A DNA stretch of 64,000 nucleotides from an uncultured delta proteobacterium (GCA_963695875.1 CAVOID010000010.1:96001-160000), one strand, 5' to 3'. Positions 35,837-48,500 are shown, counted from the first letter of the stretch. The notes: generated by a model not told the origin, from the letters alone. A program made the numbers and translations.

Positions 35837-37103
35837 GACCGTTCTTCCTAACGGTGTCAGGGTCATTTCCGAAGAGATCAATCATGTCAGGTCAATATCC
35901 ATAGGGGTCTGGGTGCAGAGCGGTTCCCGTTACGAAGACTCTGCCACAAACGGAACAGCTCATTTTATCGAGCACATGCTCTTTAAAGGGACTAAGAACA
36001 GGTCTGCATTTGATATTGCTTCAGCGATTGATTCTGTCGGTGGGATGATGAATGCCTTCACTGGCAAGGAACTGACCTCATTTTATATAAAGATACCGGA
36101 CTATCATCTCACTATGGCAATAGACCTTCTTGCCGATATCTTCATAAACTCACGTTTTGATGAGGAAGAAATCAGAAAAGAACAATCGGTGATCCTTCAA
36201 GAAATAAAAATGGTCGAGGATTCACCCGATGATTATATTCATGATTTTTTTGAAAGTGTATTCTGGAATGGCCACCCCTTAGGTCTTCCAGTTTTGGGAA
36301 CAAAGGACTTAATAACGACATTAAATAGAGAAACTCTTCTCACATTCTTCAATGAACGATATACTGGTGATAATCTGGTACTGGCTGCTGCGGGTAATCT
36401 GAAACATGATGAATTGGTTGATCTGGTAAATCAGTCCTTCGGATCTATACCGGGAAAATCTCTCAAGTCTCAAACGAGCGAACCAGTGGTATCATCAAGG
36501 GCAGCCATCCTCAAAAAAGATCTGGAACAAGTGCATGTGATAATCGGCACTATTGCCCCTTCTGCGATAAATCCAAAAAGATACTCGAGCTTTATATTAA
36601 ATGCAGTTCTTGGGGGTAGCATGAGCTCGAGACTGTTTCAGGAAATCAGAGAAAAAAGAGGGCTTGCTTATGCAATCCATTCCTATCTTAACCCGTATAT
36701 GGATACAGGTTTTCTAGGTGTATATGCGGGAACTGGTGAGGACAGGATTCAGGTTGTTATCAGTCTGATTCTTGAAGAATTGAAGCGGTTACGTGATGAT
36801 CCCTTAACTGAGAAAGAAATGACACAAGCCAAGGAACTGATCAAGGGAAACTTTCTGCTCTCTATGGAGAGCACTGATAATCGTATGATCAAGTTGGCCA
36901 AGAATGAAATATTTTTTGGACGGTTTATTCCTCCGGAAGATATTATGGCCTCTGTAGATGCTGTTTCTGCAGAAGATGTTAGGAATCTGGCTTTTGAAAT
37001 CTTCAATCCTGACATCATCTCCCTGGTTGCCATGGGAATGATTTCAGAAAAGGATATTTCTCTGGCTACCATAAAGGAAAAGAGTTTTAAGAATGACATT
37101 TGA
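35826..37103 (+). CDS. M16 family zinc peptidase
   Basis: HFIEH, NAFT and [16 protein letters not shown]. Confidence 0.93.
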   Translation: MRNKTVLPNGVRVISEEINHVRSISIGVWVQSGSRYEDSATNGTAHFIEHMLFKGTKNRSAFDIASAIDSVGGMMNAFTGKELTSFYIKIPDYHLTMAIDLLADIFINSRFDEEEIRKEQSVILQEIKMVEDSPDDYIHDFFESVFWNGHPLGLPVLGTKDLITTLNRETLLTFFNERYTGDNLVLAAAGNLKHDELVDLVNQSFGSIPGKSLKSQTSEPVVSSRAAILKKDLEQVHVIIGTIAPSAINPKRYSSFILNAVLGGSMSSRLFQEIREKRGLAYAIHSYLNPYMDTGFLGVYAGTGEDRIQVVISLILEELKRLRDDPLTEKEMTQAKELIKGNFLLSMESTDNRMIKLAKNEIFFGRFIPPEDIMASVDAVSAEDVRNLAFEIFNPDIISLVAMGMISEKDISLATIKEKSFKNDI

Positions 37104-37109
37104 GTTCTT

Positions 37110-37559
37110 ATGATGGAAGAAATCACAATACCAATTCAAAATTTGTCGGACTGTGAAGACATATACTTTCCAAGATATATGACCGAATTTTCGGCAGGTA
37201 TGGATATCTTTGCAGCGGTGGAAGCAGATGAGACAATACTTCCGGGTCAGAGAAAGGTGATCCCCACAGGAATCGCGATTGCGCTGCCGGCAGGTTATGA
37301 AGCTGAAATAAGGCCTCGCAGTGGTCTTGCTGTAAAAAATGGTGTGACGCTGGTTAATTCTCCTGGAACTATTGATGCAGATTACCGTGGTGAGATCGGA
37401 ATAATCATGATTAATCATGGGGAAAATCCTTTTATTATCAGGAGGGGTGATCGTATAGCGCAGATGATAGTACATCGGGTTTGTAGGGTTTCATGGATAG
37501 CGTGTCAGCAGCTTGATACAACATCAAGAGGGAACGGAGGATTTGGTCATACCAAGTAA
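37110..37559 (+). CDS. dut: dUTP diphosphatase
   Basis: [21 protein letters not shown] and RGNGGFGHT. Confidence 0.96.
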   Translation: MMEEITIPIQNLSDCEDIYFPRYMTEFSAGMDIFAAVEADETILPGQRKVIPTGIAIALPAGYEAEIRPRSGLAVKNGVTLVNSPGTIDADYRGEIGIIMINHGENPFIIRRGDRIAQMIVHRVCRVSWIACQQLDTTSRGNGGFGHTK

Positions 37560-37576
37560 ATGAGGATGGGCATCTC

Positions 37577-38758
37577 ATGAAAAAACTCAGAGTAAATAAA
37601 ACGTATAAAGAGATCAATGAGAAGATCAAACAGGGAAAGGCCGTTGTTGTAACTGCTGAAGAGATGATCGATATAGTTGAGAGACATGGTCATGTTGATG
37701 CAGCCCGAAAGATAGACGTCGTCACAACTGGTACATTCGCTCCCATGTGTTCATCAGGTGCATTTCTAAATTTTGGCCATACCTCTCCAAGGATAAAGGC
37801 CTCAAAGATATGGCTCAATGATGTATTTGCCTATGGTGGTATCGCCGCGGTGGACTGCTATATAGGCGCAACTGAGGTTGTCGAAGGAGACCCCCTCAAC
37901 AGTGTCTATCCTGGGGAATTCAATTACGGAGGCGGACATGTCATCGAGGATTTGGTCGCCGGTAATGTAATCAGATTGCGTGCAGAAGGCTATGGAACTG
38001 ATTGCTATCCTGCGACGGAAATACGAAAAAAATATTACTATTAATGATTTAAGAGACGCTATTCTCTTCAACCCGCGAAATGCCTATCAGAATTATAGTT
38101 GCGCTGTTAACATGTCTGACAAAACAATTTATACTTATATGGGAGTTCTGAGACCCCGCATGGCTAACGCCAATTATGCTACATCGGGACAGTTAAGCCC
38201 ACTATTTAATGATCCCTATTACATGACAATTGGTATCGGGACGAGAATCTTTTTGGGAGGATGCCAAGGCTATGTATCCTGGCAAGGTACGCAGCATAAC
38301 CCCGAACGTTGTTAGAGGTAAAAATGGTGTCCCGAAAGAGGGCGCAGGAACTATTGCAACAATAGGAAATCTCAAAGAGATGAGTCCTGAATGGCTTGTA
38401 GGTGCGAGTATGTTAGGATATGGAGTTTCCCTTTACGTCGGGATAGGCATTCCGATCCCCATCTTGAACGAAGAGATGGTACGTTACACCTCTGTTAAAA
38501 ATGAGGATATCTATACGCAGGTTTATGATTATAGCATGAATTATCCGAAAGGTGGTGCTCTAAAAAGCCTTGGCGAGGTAAATTATAAGGAACTCTTCTC
38601 GGGTGTCGATAACATTAAACGGTAACAAGATTATTACCGCTTCTTTATCCAGTTATTATAAAGCAAAAGAAATTGCCCATATTCTCAAAGAGTGGATCGA
38701 ACGGGGAGAATTTCTTCTCGGTCAACCACAGCAGTTACTTCCTTCCGTAACTCAATAG
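37577..38758 (+). CDS. DUF39 homocysteine biosynthesis protein (aspartate-semialdehyde sulfurtransferase type; frameshifted)
   Basis: EINEKIKQGKAVVVTAEE, DVVTTGTFAPMCSSG, YGGGHVIEDLV, GTDCYP and NPRNAYQNY. Confidence 0.88.
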
Positions 38759-39143
38759 TCCACAATAGTTTCGTTAAAAGTCCACCTGCCGGGATTATCC
38801 CCTGAAGGCGGAGGCAGGGATAGCCTTCCACCGCCTTCTTCTTCATCCTTCAGCATAACAACACACATTACGCTTGCTTCATGTCTCAAGTGAGTTTACC
38901 ATGAGCCCGTATGAAGGAGGTACCTTCTCTTCCGAGTTTCTGAAACAATGAACCATCTCGTATTCAATATCTTTGCAACTTTTTTAGATAATAAACAGTT
39001 TATAATGTTGTATACATAAATAATGTAAATTTATTTTAAAGTTTTACCGATTAAGTTGGCGAAAATAAGCTTACATAAAGACAACTTTGATCAATATTAA
39101 TCAATTTTAAAATATATTGTAATCATGAATGATCATTTATCGC

Positions 39144-39180
39144 TTGACATAAGTTATAGTTAGTGTATAAGTTCTAACTA
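39144..39180 (+). promoter_or_regulatory. sigma70 promoter overlapped by inverted repeat TAGTTAG-N10-CTAACTA
   Basis: TTGACA-N16-TATAAG; the inverted repeat brackets the -10 box. Confidence 0.6.
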
Positions 39181-39201
39181 AGGCAATACTTTTCAAACGG
39201 A

Positions 39202-39394
39202 ATGAGTATGAGAAGAAATAAAGTTAAACAGCTTCGTGAAGCTATTCCTCTAAGCATTGCCGAACTTGCGAGAAGAGCAGGTTTAGCGCCTCAAACCGTA
39301 ACAAAAATGGAAAAGGATTTACCAACACGAAAGTATTCCGAATTGAAAGGTCGCAAAAGCATTGCAAAAAAAATATGAAGATGTTTTTTTGTGA
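39202..39394 (+). CDS. Small XRE-family HTH protein (frameshift near 39350; absent from ORF track)
   Basis: Manual translation MSMRRNKVKQLREAIPLSIAELARRAGLAPQTVTKMEK...VAKALQKKYEDVF. Confidence 0.8.
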
Positions 39395-39464
39395 GCAGCA
39401 TGACAGATATTTATACATAATTTATATACTTTTTAACAGCTTGAATGGAAATGATCGGTATCGA

Positions 39465-39732
39465 ATGAAAATAGGCAGATATCTTATTGTGTTTGTTTTC
39501 TTGATGAGTATGCTCATTACTTTCGGAAAAAGGGGGCTCATTGACAACTACGCGATGAAGGAACGATTAATGGCTCTTAAAGAAAACAAATCATGATATT
39601 GCCCTTGAGAACATGGAATTGAGTAGAAAGGTCGTGCTGCTCAAAAGTGATCTTCAATATATAGAAATGGTAGCACGAAACGAACTCGGAATGGTCAGGA
39701 AGGGAGATCTTATTTATCGATATTCAAAATGA
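39465..39732 (+). CDS. FtsB/DivIC septum formation initiator family protein (frameshift near 39590)
   Basis: TM helix, FGKRGL, coiled coil and IEMVARNELGMVRKGD. Confidence 0.82.
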
Positions 39733-39765
39733 ATCTCGATTATAATAATCTACGACGGTGATCTT

Positions 39766-40889
39766 ATGTTAAATATTAAAAATCTTATTATCCGAGGCAA
39801 AAAGATATCTTTAAGATCGATCTGTTCGCCGAGGCAGTAAGCAACTGGTTGGGCTTGACATAGGATCAAGTTCTATAAAACTTGCTGAAATACAAGAAAC
39901 CCCAAAGGGGTACATTCTTAACCGGTTTTCCCAAATGCCTTTGGAAAAGGGTGTAATCGTAGATGGCATACCTGTGGAACCGCAGGAATTAGCCATGAAA
40001 ATTAAGGAACTATTCAAACAATCCGGTTGTAAGAAGAAAGGTGTTGTAATCTCTCTTTCTGGACATTCCGTCATTAGTAAAAAAAGTAAACTTTCCCACT
40101 CATGGATGAAGAATGAGTTGCGTGATCTGATAAAAGATGAAGCAGGCAAATATCTGCCGTTCGATAATATGGAGGCAGTGAGCTACGATTTTCAAATCCT
40201 CGGCGAAAATGAATTCAATCCTAATCAGATGGATGTTATTATCGTCGCAGCAAAGAAAGATATTGTCTCCGGTTATACTGATGCCATTCAACGAGCGGGG
40301 TATTTACCCGTGATCATGGATGTAGATTCCTTTGCACTCGAAACCATGTATGAAGAGAATTATGAATTTGAAGACAACGAAATGGCCGTTCTCATTAATA
40401 TAGGGGCAAGTATCACGAACATAAACGTCCTTAAAGGCGGCGCGTCGATCTTTACCAGAGATTTTACTCTGGCGGGAAATTCCATAACTGAAGCAATTCA
40501 GAAGAAGTTAGGCGTGACGTTTGAAGAGGCGGAAAGAATAAAAATCGAAGGTCCCGGCGGCAATGAATCGGCAGAAAGAGAATTCCAGCAAAGTCTCCTC
40601 TCATTATGCTGAACCTATCTGTTCAGAAATTGAGAGGTCTGTCGATTATTTCAGGTCAACCTACGGCGGAGAATATATAAAGCACGTTCTCCTTTCCGGC
40701 GGAAGTGCAAAAATCCCAGGTATAGTAAATGACCTGACTCAAAGACTTAGCGTTGAAGCAGAAATTGCCAATCCCTTTAAAAAAATAGGATACAATATAA
40801 AGACCCTTGATCCAGCAACAATCGAAGAGATTAAACCAATCGCCACAGTAGGAGTCGGGCTGGCATTAAGAAAAGTAGGTGACAAATGA
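39766..40889 (+). CDS. pilM: Type IV pilus assembly protein PilM (frameshifts; start approximate)
   Basis: VGLDIGSSSIK, INIGAS, LSGGSA and VGLALR. Confidence 0.92.
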
Positions 40890-41431
40890 TCAGGATTAAT
40901 CTTCTTCCTTATCGGGAAAAGGGAAAAAAAGAGGACCTAACACGGCAGATTGTGATCATTGCCATCACTTTCATAGTCTTTCTCCTCGCGATCGGCTCTT
41001 TACAACTTTATCTCAGTATGAGTATCAGCTCTCTCGAAAAAAACATAAAAATCAAGGAAGAAACTCTTGCTCGTCTGAATAAGATCGTTGTTGATATAGA
41101 AACTTATAAGAAAGACAAGGCGCTTCTGGAGAAAAAACTCGCCATTATCAATAACCTCGAAGAAAATCGTCTGGCGCCCGTTCGTATGCTGGACGAGTTA
41201 ACAACGCTGGTTCCCATACATGATGTCTGGCTTGAGAAATTAACCGAGAAGGGAACAGATACTACTTTTGAAGGTATGGCCAGAAATAATATCGCCGTTG
41301 CACACTTTATGAAAAACATGGCTGGATCCACCTTTATCAAATCTGTCGATTTAGTATCCACAAAGGAAAAAGAGATATCCGGCATCAAATTGCAGCAGTT
41401 TGTTATATCGTGCGTGAAGAAGAAGGGATAA
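40886..41431 (+). CDS. pilN: Type IV pilus assembly protein PilN
   Basis: MIRINLLPYR, TM helix and coiled coil. Confidence 0.93.
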   Translation: MIRINLLPYREKGKKEDLTRQIVIIAITFIVFLLAIGSLQLYLSMSISSLEKNIKIKEETLARLNKIVVDIETYKKDKALLEKKLAIINNLEENRLAPVRMLDELTTLVPIHDVWLEKLTEKGTDTTFEGMARNNIAVAHFMKNMAGSTFIKSVDLVSTKEKEISGIKLQQFVISCVKKKG

Positions 41432-41438
41432 TAATTGT

Positions 41439-42130
41439 ATGGCTATCACCCTGGATGATATCAAAAGAATGCCCCCAAAGCGTAAGGCATTGATTGTCTT
41501 TATAATATATCTTGCTTATAGGTGGGGCATATTTTTCCATAATCATGCAACCATCAATACAGCAAAAAGGGACTCTCGAGGCAAAGTTATCCGATATTGA
41601 GGCAAAGGTCGTAGAGCAGGACCGCATAGCAGCCCAAAAGGAAAAATATGCCAAGGAAGTTGATGCGCTTAGAGAAACATTAAAGCTTGCCCTGACAAAA
41701 CTACCCGATCAGCGTGAGATTCCGGGTCTCTTATACGCTGTAGCACAGGCGGGAAAAGATGCCGGTATCGATTTTCTCTTGTTCGAACCAAAACAATCTG
41801 AGAAAAAACCCCAGGACACACAGCAGGCGGGGGTGAAACCTGCCGATAAAAAAGCAGCCGACACTAAAGGTGCTCCAGCGAAACAACCTGAAGATCAATT
41901 TTATGAGGAAATACCCGTTAAGGTGACGGTTAGCGGTAGATTTTCATAGTACCGTTGTCTTTTTTGAAAAGGTTGCGAAGCTTCCCAGGATTATCAATAT
42001 TGAAGATATAACCATGTATCCAGGGAAGGAGATAAAGGGTTTGGGACGGCCTATAAATACGTCTTGTGTGATAAAAACTTACATGTTCGTGGAAAAACGG
42101 GATGAAAAAAAAGTCGATGAAAAAAAATAG
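41439..42130 (+). CDS. pilO: Type IV pilus assembly protein PilO (frameshifts)
   Basis: LPDQREIPGLL, FYEEIPV and KLPRIINI. Confidence 0.88.
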
Positions 42131-42656
42131 AACCGCAGCTTGCATAACAAAAATGTTTCTGTCTTTGATTGTCGTGATGTGGGCATCCTCGTCTATCGCG
42201 GCTGAACCAAAAGCAGCAGATACAAAAGGGACTGATGTACAAGCAGTTGAAACGAAGGTAGCCGATCTCAAACCAGCCCCTGAATACAGATACAATCCTA
42301 TCGGAAAACCGGATCCTTTTAAACCCTTTATAGATCTGGAAATCGATCTCAAGAAAAAGCTGGAACACCCAAAAGCCCTCCCGATTTCACCACTGCAAAG
42401 GGTGAGTGTCGATCAATTCAGGGTGGTAGGCATCGGAGGTGATGACCACTCCAAAATAGCCATGGTCCAGGATTTTAAGGGGAAATTTTATCCCATCTTT
42501 TTGGGAACCTATATTGGCCTGAACAGTGGTAGAGTAGTACAGATACTGGCAGATCGTGTCATCGTCGAAGAAAAGGTCAAATTAGAGGCCAAAAAGACGA
42601 AGACAAGTAGGATTACGATGAAGCTTCACAAAGAAGAAGGTGAGGGAAAACCATGA
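42117..42656 (+). CDS. pilP: Type IV pilus assembly protein PilP
   Basis: YNPIGKPDPFKP, SPLQ and IGLNSGRV; lies between pilO and pilQ. Confidence 0.88.
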   Translation: MKKNRTAACITKMFLSLIVVMWASSSIAAEPKAADTKGTDVQAVETKVADLKPAPEYRYNPIGKPDPFKPFIDLEIDLKKKLEHPKALPISPLQRVSVDQFRVVGIGGDDHSKIAMVQDFKGKFYPIFLGTYIGLNSGRVVQILADRVIVEEKVKLEAKKTKTSRITMKLHKEEGEGKP

Positions 42657-44407
42657 AAAAAAATATACCATGGATTGTATTTTTGACTGCTTTTGTAATA
42701 TTTATTGGTAATGCCGAATTCGCAAGGAGTGCACCGCCTGAGGCGGCAAATACCCCGCAGGTTTCCGCGCACTAAGGAACAGACGGCAGATTTTGGATAT
42801 CTTGAAAGTGTAACATTTGAAAAGATGAACGGCAAAGAGCGCATTACCATTGTTGCATCCAAACAGTCCGGTGTTGATGTCGAAGCCCTGGCCGGTAATG
42901 GCGTTCTTGTAAAAATGGCAAAAACATTTGTGCCCGAGGAGCTCAAGCAGCCCTTAGGTGAGGGAAAGCTTGCCAATGTAATCAACGTTGTTCCTGCCCA
43001 AAAGACATCCGATGGCCAGCAATGGGCCCAAATCACGATAGCCCTTAGAGAGCGGGTCCCCTATAGTGTCAGTCAGGCAGGTAAGAATATTTTTATTGAT
43101 TTCAATGTAAGCAGCCTGGAGAGTAAACTGCCTGAAGCTCAGCAAAAAGCAGCGGAGGCTCCCAAAGAAACAGCCAAGAAAGAGGTGAAGCCTGCTGAAA
43201 GGCAGAACCGACAAGGACAAAGAAGCGAAGAGGTCTGCAAGCCGTAGGATATCCCTTGATTTTCAGGATGCAAGCATAAAGGCAGTACTGCGGTTATTGG
43301 CTGAGGAGGGAGGAGTCACTATTGTCTCCGGGGATGATGTCAAGGGAAATGTGACCCTGAGCATGAAAAAGGTCCCCTGGGATCTGGCACTCAATAGCAT
43401 TTTAGACGTTCAAGGTCTTATTAAAAAGCAGACGGATGATGTGATCACCGTCATGACCGTCGAAAGAGTGAAAAAAGACCAGGCAGACCGAAAGGCAGCT
43501 GAAGAAGATCGTCTCAAAGCCGAGGCCATCGCCAAAAAGGCAGAGCAGGAACGCCTGGAAGAAAGAGGAAGACTGAGACAGGTAGCCATAGAGGCAAAAA
43601 TTGTGGAGGCCAATGACACTTTCGTCAGAAACCTCGGCGTACAGTGGGGAGGTGTGTCCTATAACAGGATCGGTGACTATTCCTACGCCTTGACGGCTGG
43701 GACAAACCCCACATCGGCTCGAACCAGGACATGGTCGTATCCGGCGGCTATCCCATTTACAGATGTAACTACTGGACAAGCCAATACAGACCGCTGCCCT
43801 CAATTATCCAGCGACAATTGCATCGCCGACATTCGGTCTCGTTATCGGAGGGATGAATGCCGTGCTTGAGGCCCAGATTGCTGCTCTCGAATCAAACAAT
43901 ATGATCAAAATTGTTTCGTCACCAAAAGTTACTACAATGGATAATGTCAAGGCAACGATAAAACAGGGGCAGGAGATTCCCTACATTACGATCGACAAAG
44001 ATGGAAACAGGAGTATAACCTTCAAAGAGGCAGTTCTGAAGCTTGACGTCAAACCGAAGGTCACACCCGACGGCACTATATCCATGGAGATCAAGGCATC
44101 AAATGATGCCGCAGATTACACCCAGGCCGCACTTTTAGGCGGTAACCCTCCGATCAATAAAAACGAAGTTGAGTCTAAAGTTGTTGTTCAGGATGGAGAT
44201 ACTATTGTCCTCGGAGGAATATTAATAACAAACGATCAAAGCGGCGTGACCGGTGTTCCCTGGTTTCAGAAGATACCGATCCTAGGCTGGTTATTCAAAA
44301 CAGAAAACCTGAGCAAAAACCGAAAACAGCTCATGGTATTTATCACCCCGAAGATCATAAAGGGAGAAGCTCTGGGAGAAAAACCTGAAAAACCAAAAGG
44401 GGGATAA
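42653..44407 (+). CDS. pilQ: Type IV pilus secretin PilQ (frameshifts)
   Basis: SLDFQDA, VPWDLAL, QVAIEAKIVEA, IPILGWLFK and VFITPKII. Confidence 0.92.
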
Positions 44408-44441
44408 AGTGTCTCGCTTCTTTGTGCTGCTCTAAACAAAA

Positions 44442-44480
44442 TTAGACCTTTGCATTAAATGTGCAAAGGTCTAAAATTTT
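44442..44480 (+). terminator. Intrinsic terminator after pilQ
   Basis: 13-bp stem TTAGACCTTTGCA / TGCAAAGGTCTAA. Confidence 0.7.
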
Positions 44481-44692
44481 GTCACGAGATGAAGACCATT
44501 AACAAAGATCTCTGCAGTCCCCGGTGACAAGCACTGGCGGCACTTTCACATAGATAGCTGCGATAAATTAAACCTTAGACCCCTTCGACTCGTCTCAACA
44601 AGCTTAGGGACAATTCGACTAAATCCTTTTTCTCTGGAATTTTAACGAAAAAGGCCAAGTCTTCTTAAATTAAAAATTTTGAAAGTAGAAAA

Positions 44693-45464
44693 ATGATCAA
44701 TTTAAAGATAATAAAATGTGCTATAATCACAGTATATCTTATTACTATGATTGCATGTGCAACCAGTCCATGGAAGCAGGAACAGGCAGATTCTCACATG
44801 AATATCGGGGTTGCCTATTTGGGATCAGACCGCTACAACGATGCATTAAAGGAATTCTTAGAGGCGGAAAAATTCTCGCCGCGCGACCCTCAAGTCCACT
44901 ATTATTTAGGTATCACGTATCGCGGGAAAAAACTTAATGACAAGGCTATCGCTGAATTTAAGAAGACATTGTCCCTAAAGCCTGACTATTCGGAAGCTTA
45001 CAATAATCTGGGAACAATCTATCTGGACATGAGGTTATGGGATGATGCCATAGATTCGTTTAAAAGTGCACTTTCCAACATGCTCTATGAAACTCCTGAT
45101 AAAGCATTCTTCAACATGGGATTGGCTTATCATGGAAAGGGAGAATACCAGAAGGCCCTGAATGCGTATAAGGAGGCAAAAAACAGGACACCTCATACGA
45201 TCCCCGACTCTGTGATAGACTTCTATATGGGGATAAACTGTTATGACCAGGGGGATTCGGAAAAGGCGGTTCAATATTTCGAGGCATCACTGAATGGAGC
45301 CCCCGCATTTCTGGAGGCCCAATCCCGGTACTGGTTAGGACAGTCTTATATCAAAATGCGTGATCCGGGAAAAGGCAAAGGCAGAGTTTAAGGCCGTTAT
45401 TAAAATTTCGCCGGAATCGGATTTGGGAAAGGCAGCCAGAAAAAGCCTCGATTCTATTCGTTAA
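44693..45464 (+). CDS. TPR lipoprotein, PilF/PilW-type secretin pilotin (frameshift near 45370)
   Basis: Lipobox MIAC, tandem TPR repeats, follows pilQ. Confidence 0.8.
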
Positions 45465-45501
45465 GGCTATTCGTCAGGACATTCGTTAAGGAAAATACTA
45501 A

Positions 45502-45529
45502 GGGGTCAGGCCGTCTTAGGCCTGACCCC
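45502..45529. terminator. Hairpin between convergent pilF and pilY1
   Basis: GGGGTCAGGCC-N6-GGCCTGACCCC. Confidence 0.7.
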
Positions 45530-45574
45530 AATTTGTTTAACTTCAATTCGGCTTTTTGCGAGGTAATCAGTTTT

Positions 45575-48500
45575 TCACTGTATCCGCCGGTCTTTCCAGA
45601 AAAGGATGTTGACCGGGTTGACGACTCCACCAACAGAACCGCCACCCGTATTACTGCCAGCACCACTAGCACCACCACCAGCAACACCACCAATACCAGT
45701 CACACCACCGCTTACTGTAATATAGAGATCAACATCGACAGTCTTTCCCGGTTGCGGTGGCGACAGCGAAATAGTGGGGGCGGCGGCTATCCCCTCACCG
45801 ATCTTCGTACTCATCGTCCCACCGGAAAAAGCACCGGCCCCTGACGTGTACTTTATCTCATAGAGGTATGCATCTCCACCCTGGTTCTGGTCGCAGCCAG
45901 TAGCAGTTGTCGGTACGAATGTCGTGAAATATACTATGCCGCTAAAGATGGCGGGATCGGCTAAAACCTTCTCACCCGCATGTGGCAAGCTGATATAATA
46001 CCCGTTCGTATTATTGATGCAGTTACTATCGCACGGTGTGCTTTGCGTTACTGCGGTCAGATTACCGATACTGTAATTCGGTTGCTGGTTGGTACGGTCA
46101 TTGTCCATAAGGGCAAATAATTTACCCCCCTTGGCTGTACTTCTTGGATCTGTTTTATCTCCCGTACCCCAGAACACCCAGAGATTCTGCGCCCCGTCCC
46201 AGGTTACGGATGGAACCGTGAATACAGGATCTGATGAAGAACCACTGAAGAGACGCCCTCCTTTCCAATTGCCGATGCCGCAGGTCGCCCCATCCATCGC
46301 TTTGCAGAACGTAAAGCGCCAAATGTTCCCCCCCAGGTCTCCTATATAGGCCGTATCGATAAACCCATCGCCGTCCAAGTCCACGATAGCGGTAGCGGCC
46401 GGTACGGCCGATTTTATATTCGGATTCGTATATCTCCAGAGGATTGTTCCATCCCTCAAGTCAAAGGCAAAAAATCCCTTTCCCCTGGTGTCACTGCAAG
46501 CGCCTCCCCCGGAGCAGTCTACAATGTTGTAGCCTCCACCGATAAATCCGACCCATCTCTCGTTGCCGCCGATCCGGACCCTGCCAATCATCACTTCACT
46601 CCAGGGGTCTCCCAGATAGGGGGCATCCAGGGTTGTGTTAATGGGGTTGCTGCCGCCCAGATGCCACATAAAGGTCGGAGCCAGGGTTTCAGTGATGTCA
46701 AGTGCGTAATAACCGCAGTTATACGGATATGTTATGCCTGTTGTAGTATTATAATAAACTGGACTAAAGTTCGAATCACAGGAGGAAACTGAACTCCATA
46801 AGGTGGAAGTGGGGGCGGACGAGGAGCCGCCTCTGCCTTCTCCAAAGACCAGGATTGTATGCCAATCAGCTGGATTCTTGGCTGTCCCGTCACCGGAGCC
46901 GAGCCAGACGTTATCTGCCGTCAACGACCCATCGACAAAGTACTGGTGAGTCTCCGTCGTAGGGTTTGTCATATGAGAGATCATCTTCAAATTGGGCAGA
47001 AGGTTCGGCGGAATGAAACTCCATGCCTCTGAAAGACCATCGGCATGGAAGGCGTGAACCTGGCCGTCATTTGCTCCAACCGCGACTATCCGCTTATTAT
47101 TAAGACAGGGGTCGGCGGATGTGCGGCAATGACTTGCCCGGAACATGCCAAAGGCGCGATTTCCATCGCGGAGGTCATCGAAATAAGGATTCGGCGATCC
47201 CACAGTGATCGGTGCCGCCCGGAACACATCACCCAGCTTGAAGACATTTTTGGTACCCCCTCCGCCAACTGTGTAATCAGGATTAAAGACTGAGTCTCCC
47301 CGGATGTAACCGACGACATTGTCTCTATGCGCATTATCTGCAACGCCCAGAATCGCCGGGGTGATGATTGCCGTAATGAAATTTGGGGGAGTGAAGGTAC
47401 AGCTGCCGGCCGTACATGTCCATATTTGTCGGTTGGCAGCAACTGTATTCTGGAGAACTACCCCGGCATCACACGGTGTGGTGCAGGCGGGGTGGGCTCC
47501 CGAAGCGGAGGTGCAGCAACCGATGGAGCCATTGTCATTGATCGCGAACTTTTTCAGGTGCCCGTGCCAGAAGGGTTCACCCTCTATGGGTTCGAAGGAA
47601 GCTTCATACATAAAATTTTCGTCCTGGGTACGGGACGACTGAACAGATGCCTGGGTAAAGGAATAGGTCGCCGCGCTGATAACCTGCATGGCCTGGCGCA
47701 GCGCCGCATCAAGTGCATCAGCATCGGCGGCAACAAAGGCATATCCTCTAAGTTTATTAGTCGCAGGGTCATTGGACGTTGCACAGTGACCAGCCCCTGT
47801 ATCACCGTCTGAATCATTGCATGTGGCGGTCACCGTCCCTGAAGTATTACAGCTGGTTCCAGAGGGAACATAGCCGGTAGTGCTGCCTGACGGCGCCTCA
47901 CTGGGGTTTATCGTCCCGCCGTAATACGCCATCCAGTTGAGGGTATTAATGAGGTAGTGAGGCATACCCGCGCCTAATCCGATAACGAAGACCTTGTATC
48001 CCGCATCAGCTAATGCCTTGGCCTTAGCCACGGATTCCCGCCTGGGCACGTACATATCGCTTCGGGAATCGCTACCGGTACCGTCCCCGCCGCATGCATA
48101 GGTATCCTCACCATCTGTGATCAGGATGACAAATTTATTGCGACAGGCCGCGAAAGTGTCTACACCCTTGTGATAGTCGAGATAAACTTTTGCCTCATTA
48201 AGCGATGACGCCAGGGGAGTCCCGCTATTAGGAGTTTCGCCCACGACACACTCCTTGGTACCTGAACAGGACGTCACCGTAGAAGCACAACTGGTGGAGT
48301 TATTACAGTATATCTGCTGGTATTTTGTAACGGAACCACTCGCGGTACTGATCGGCCATACGAGTTGTATATTTCCGCTGTTGTAATCCCCTCCTGTATC
48401 ATTACCGTTCTTGAATCTCATGAATCCTATCCTGACGGCGAGGGCGCAATAGTCATTATCGTCGATAGTGCCGCTGCTATCGGCATCGAGGATACCGAAG

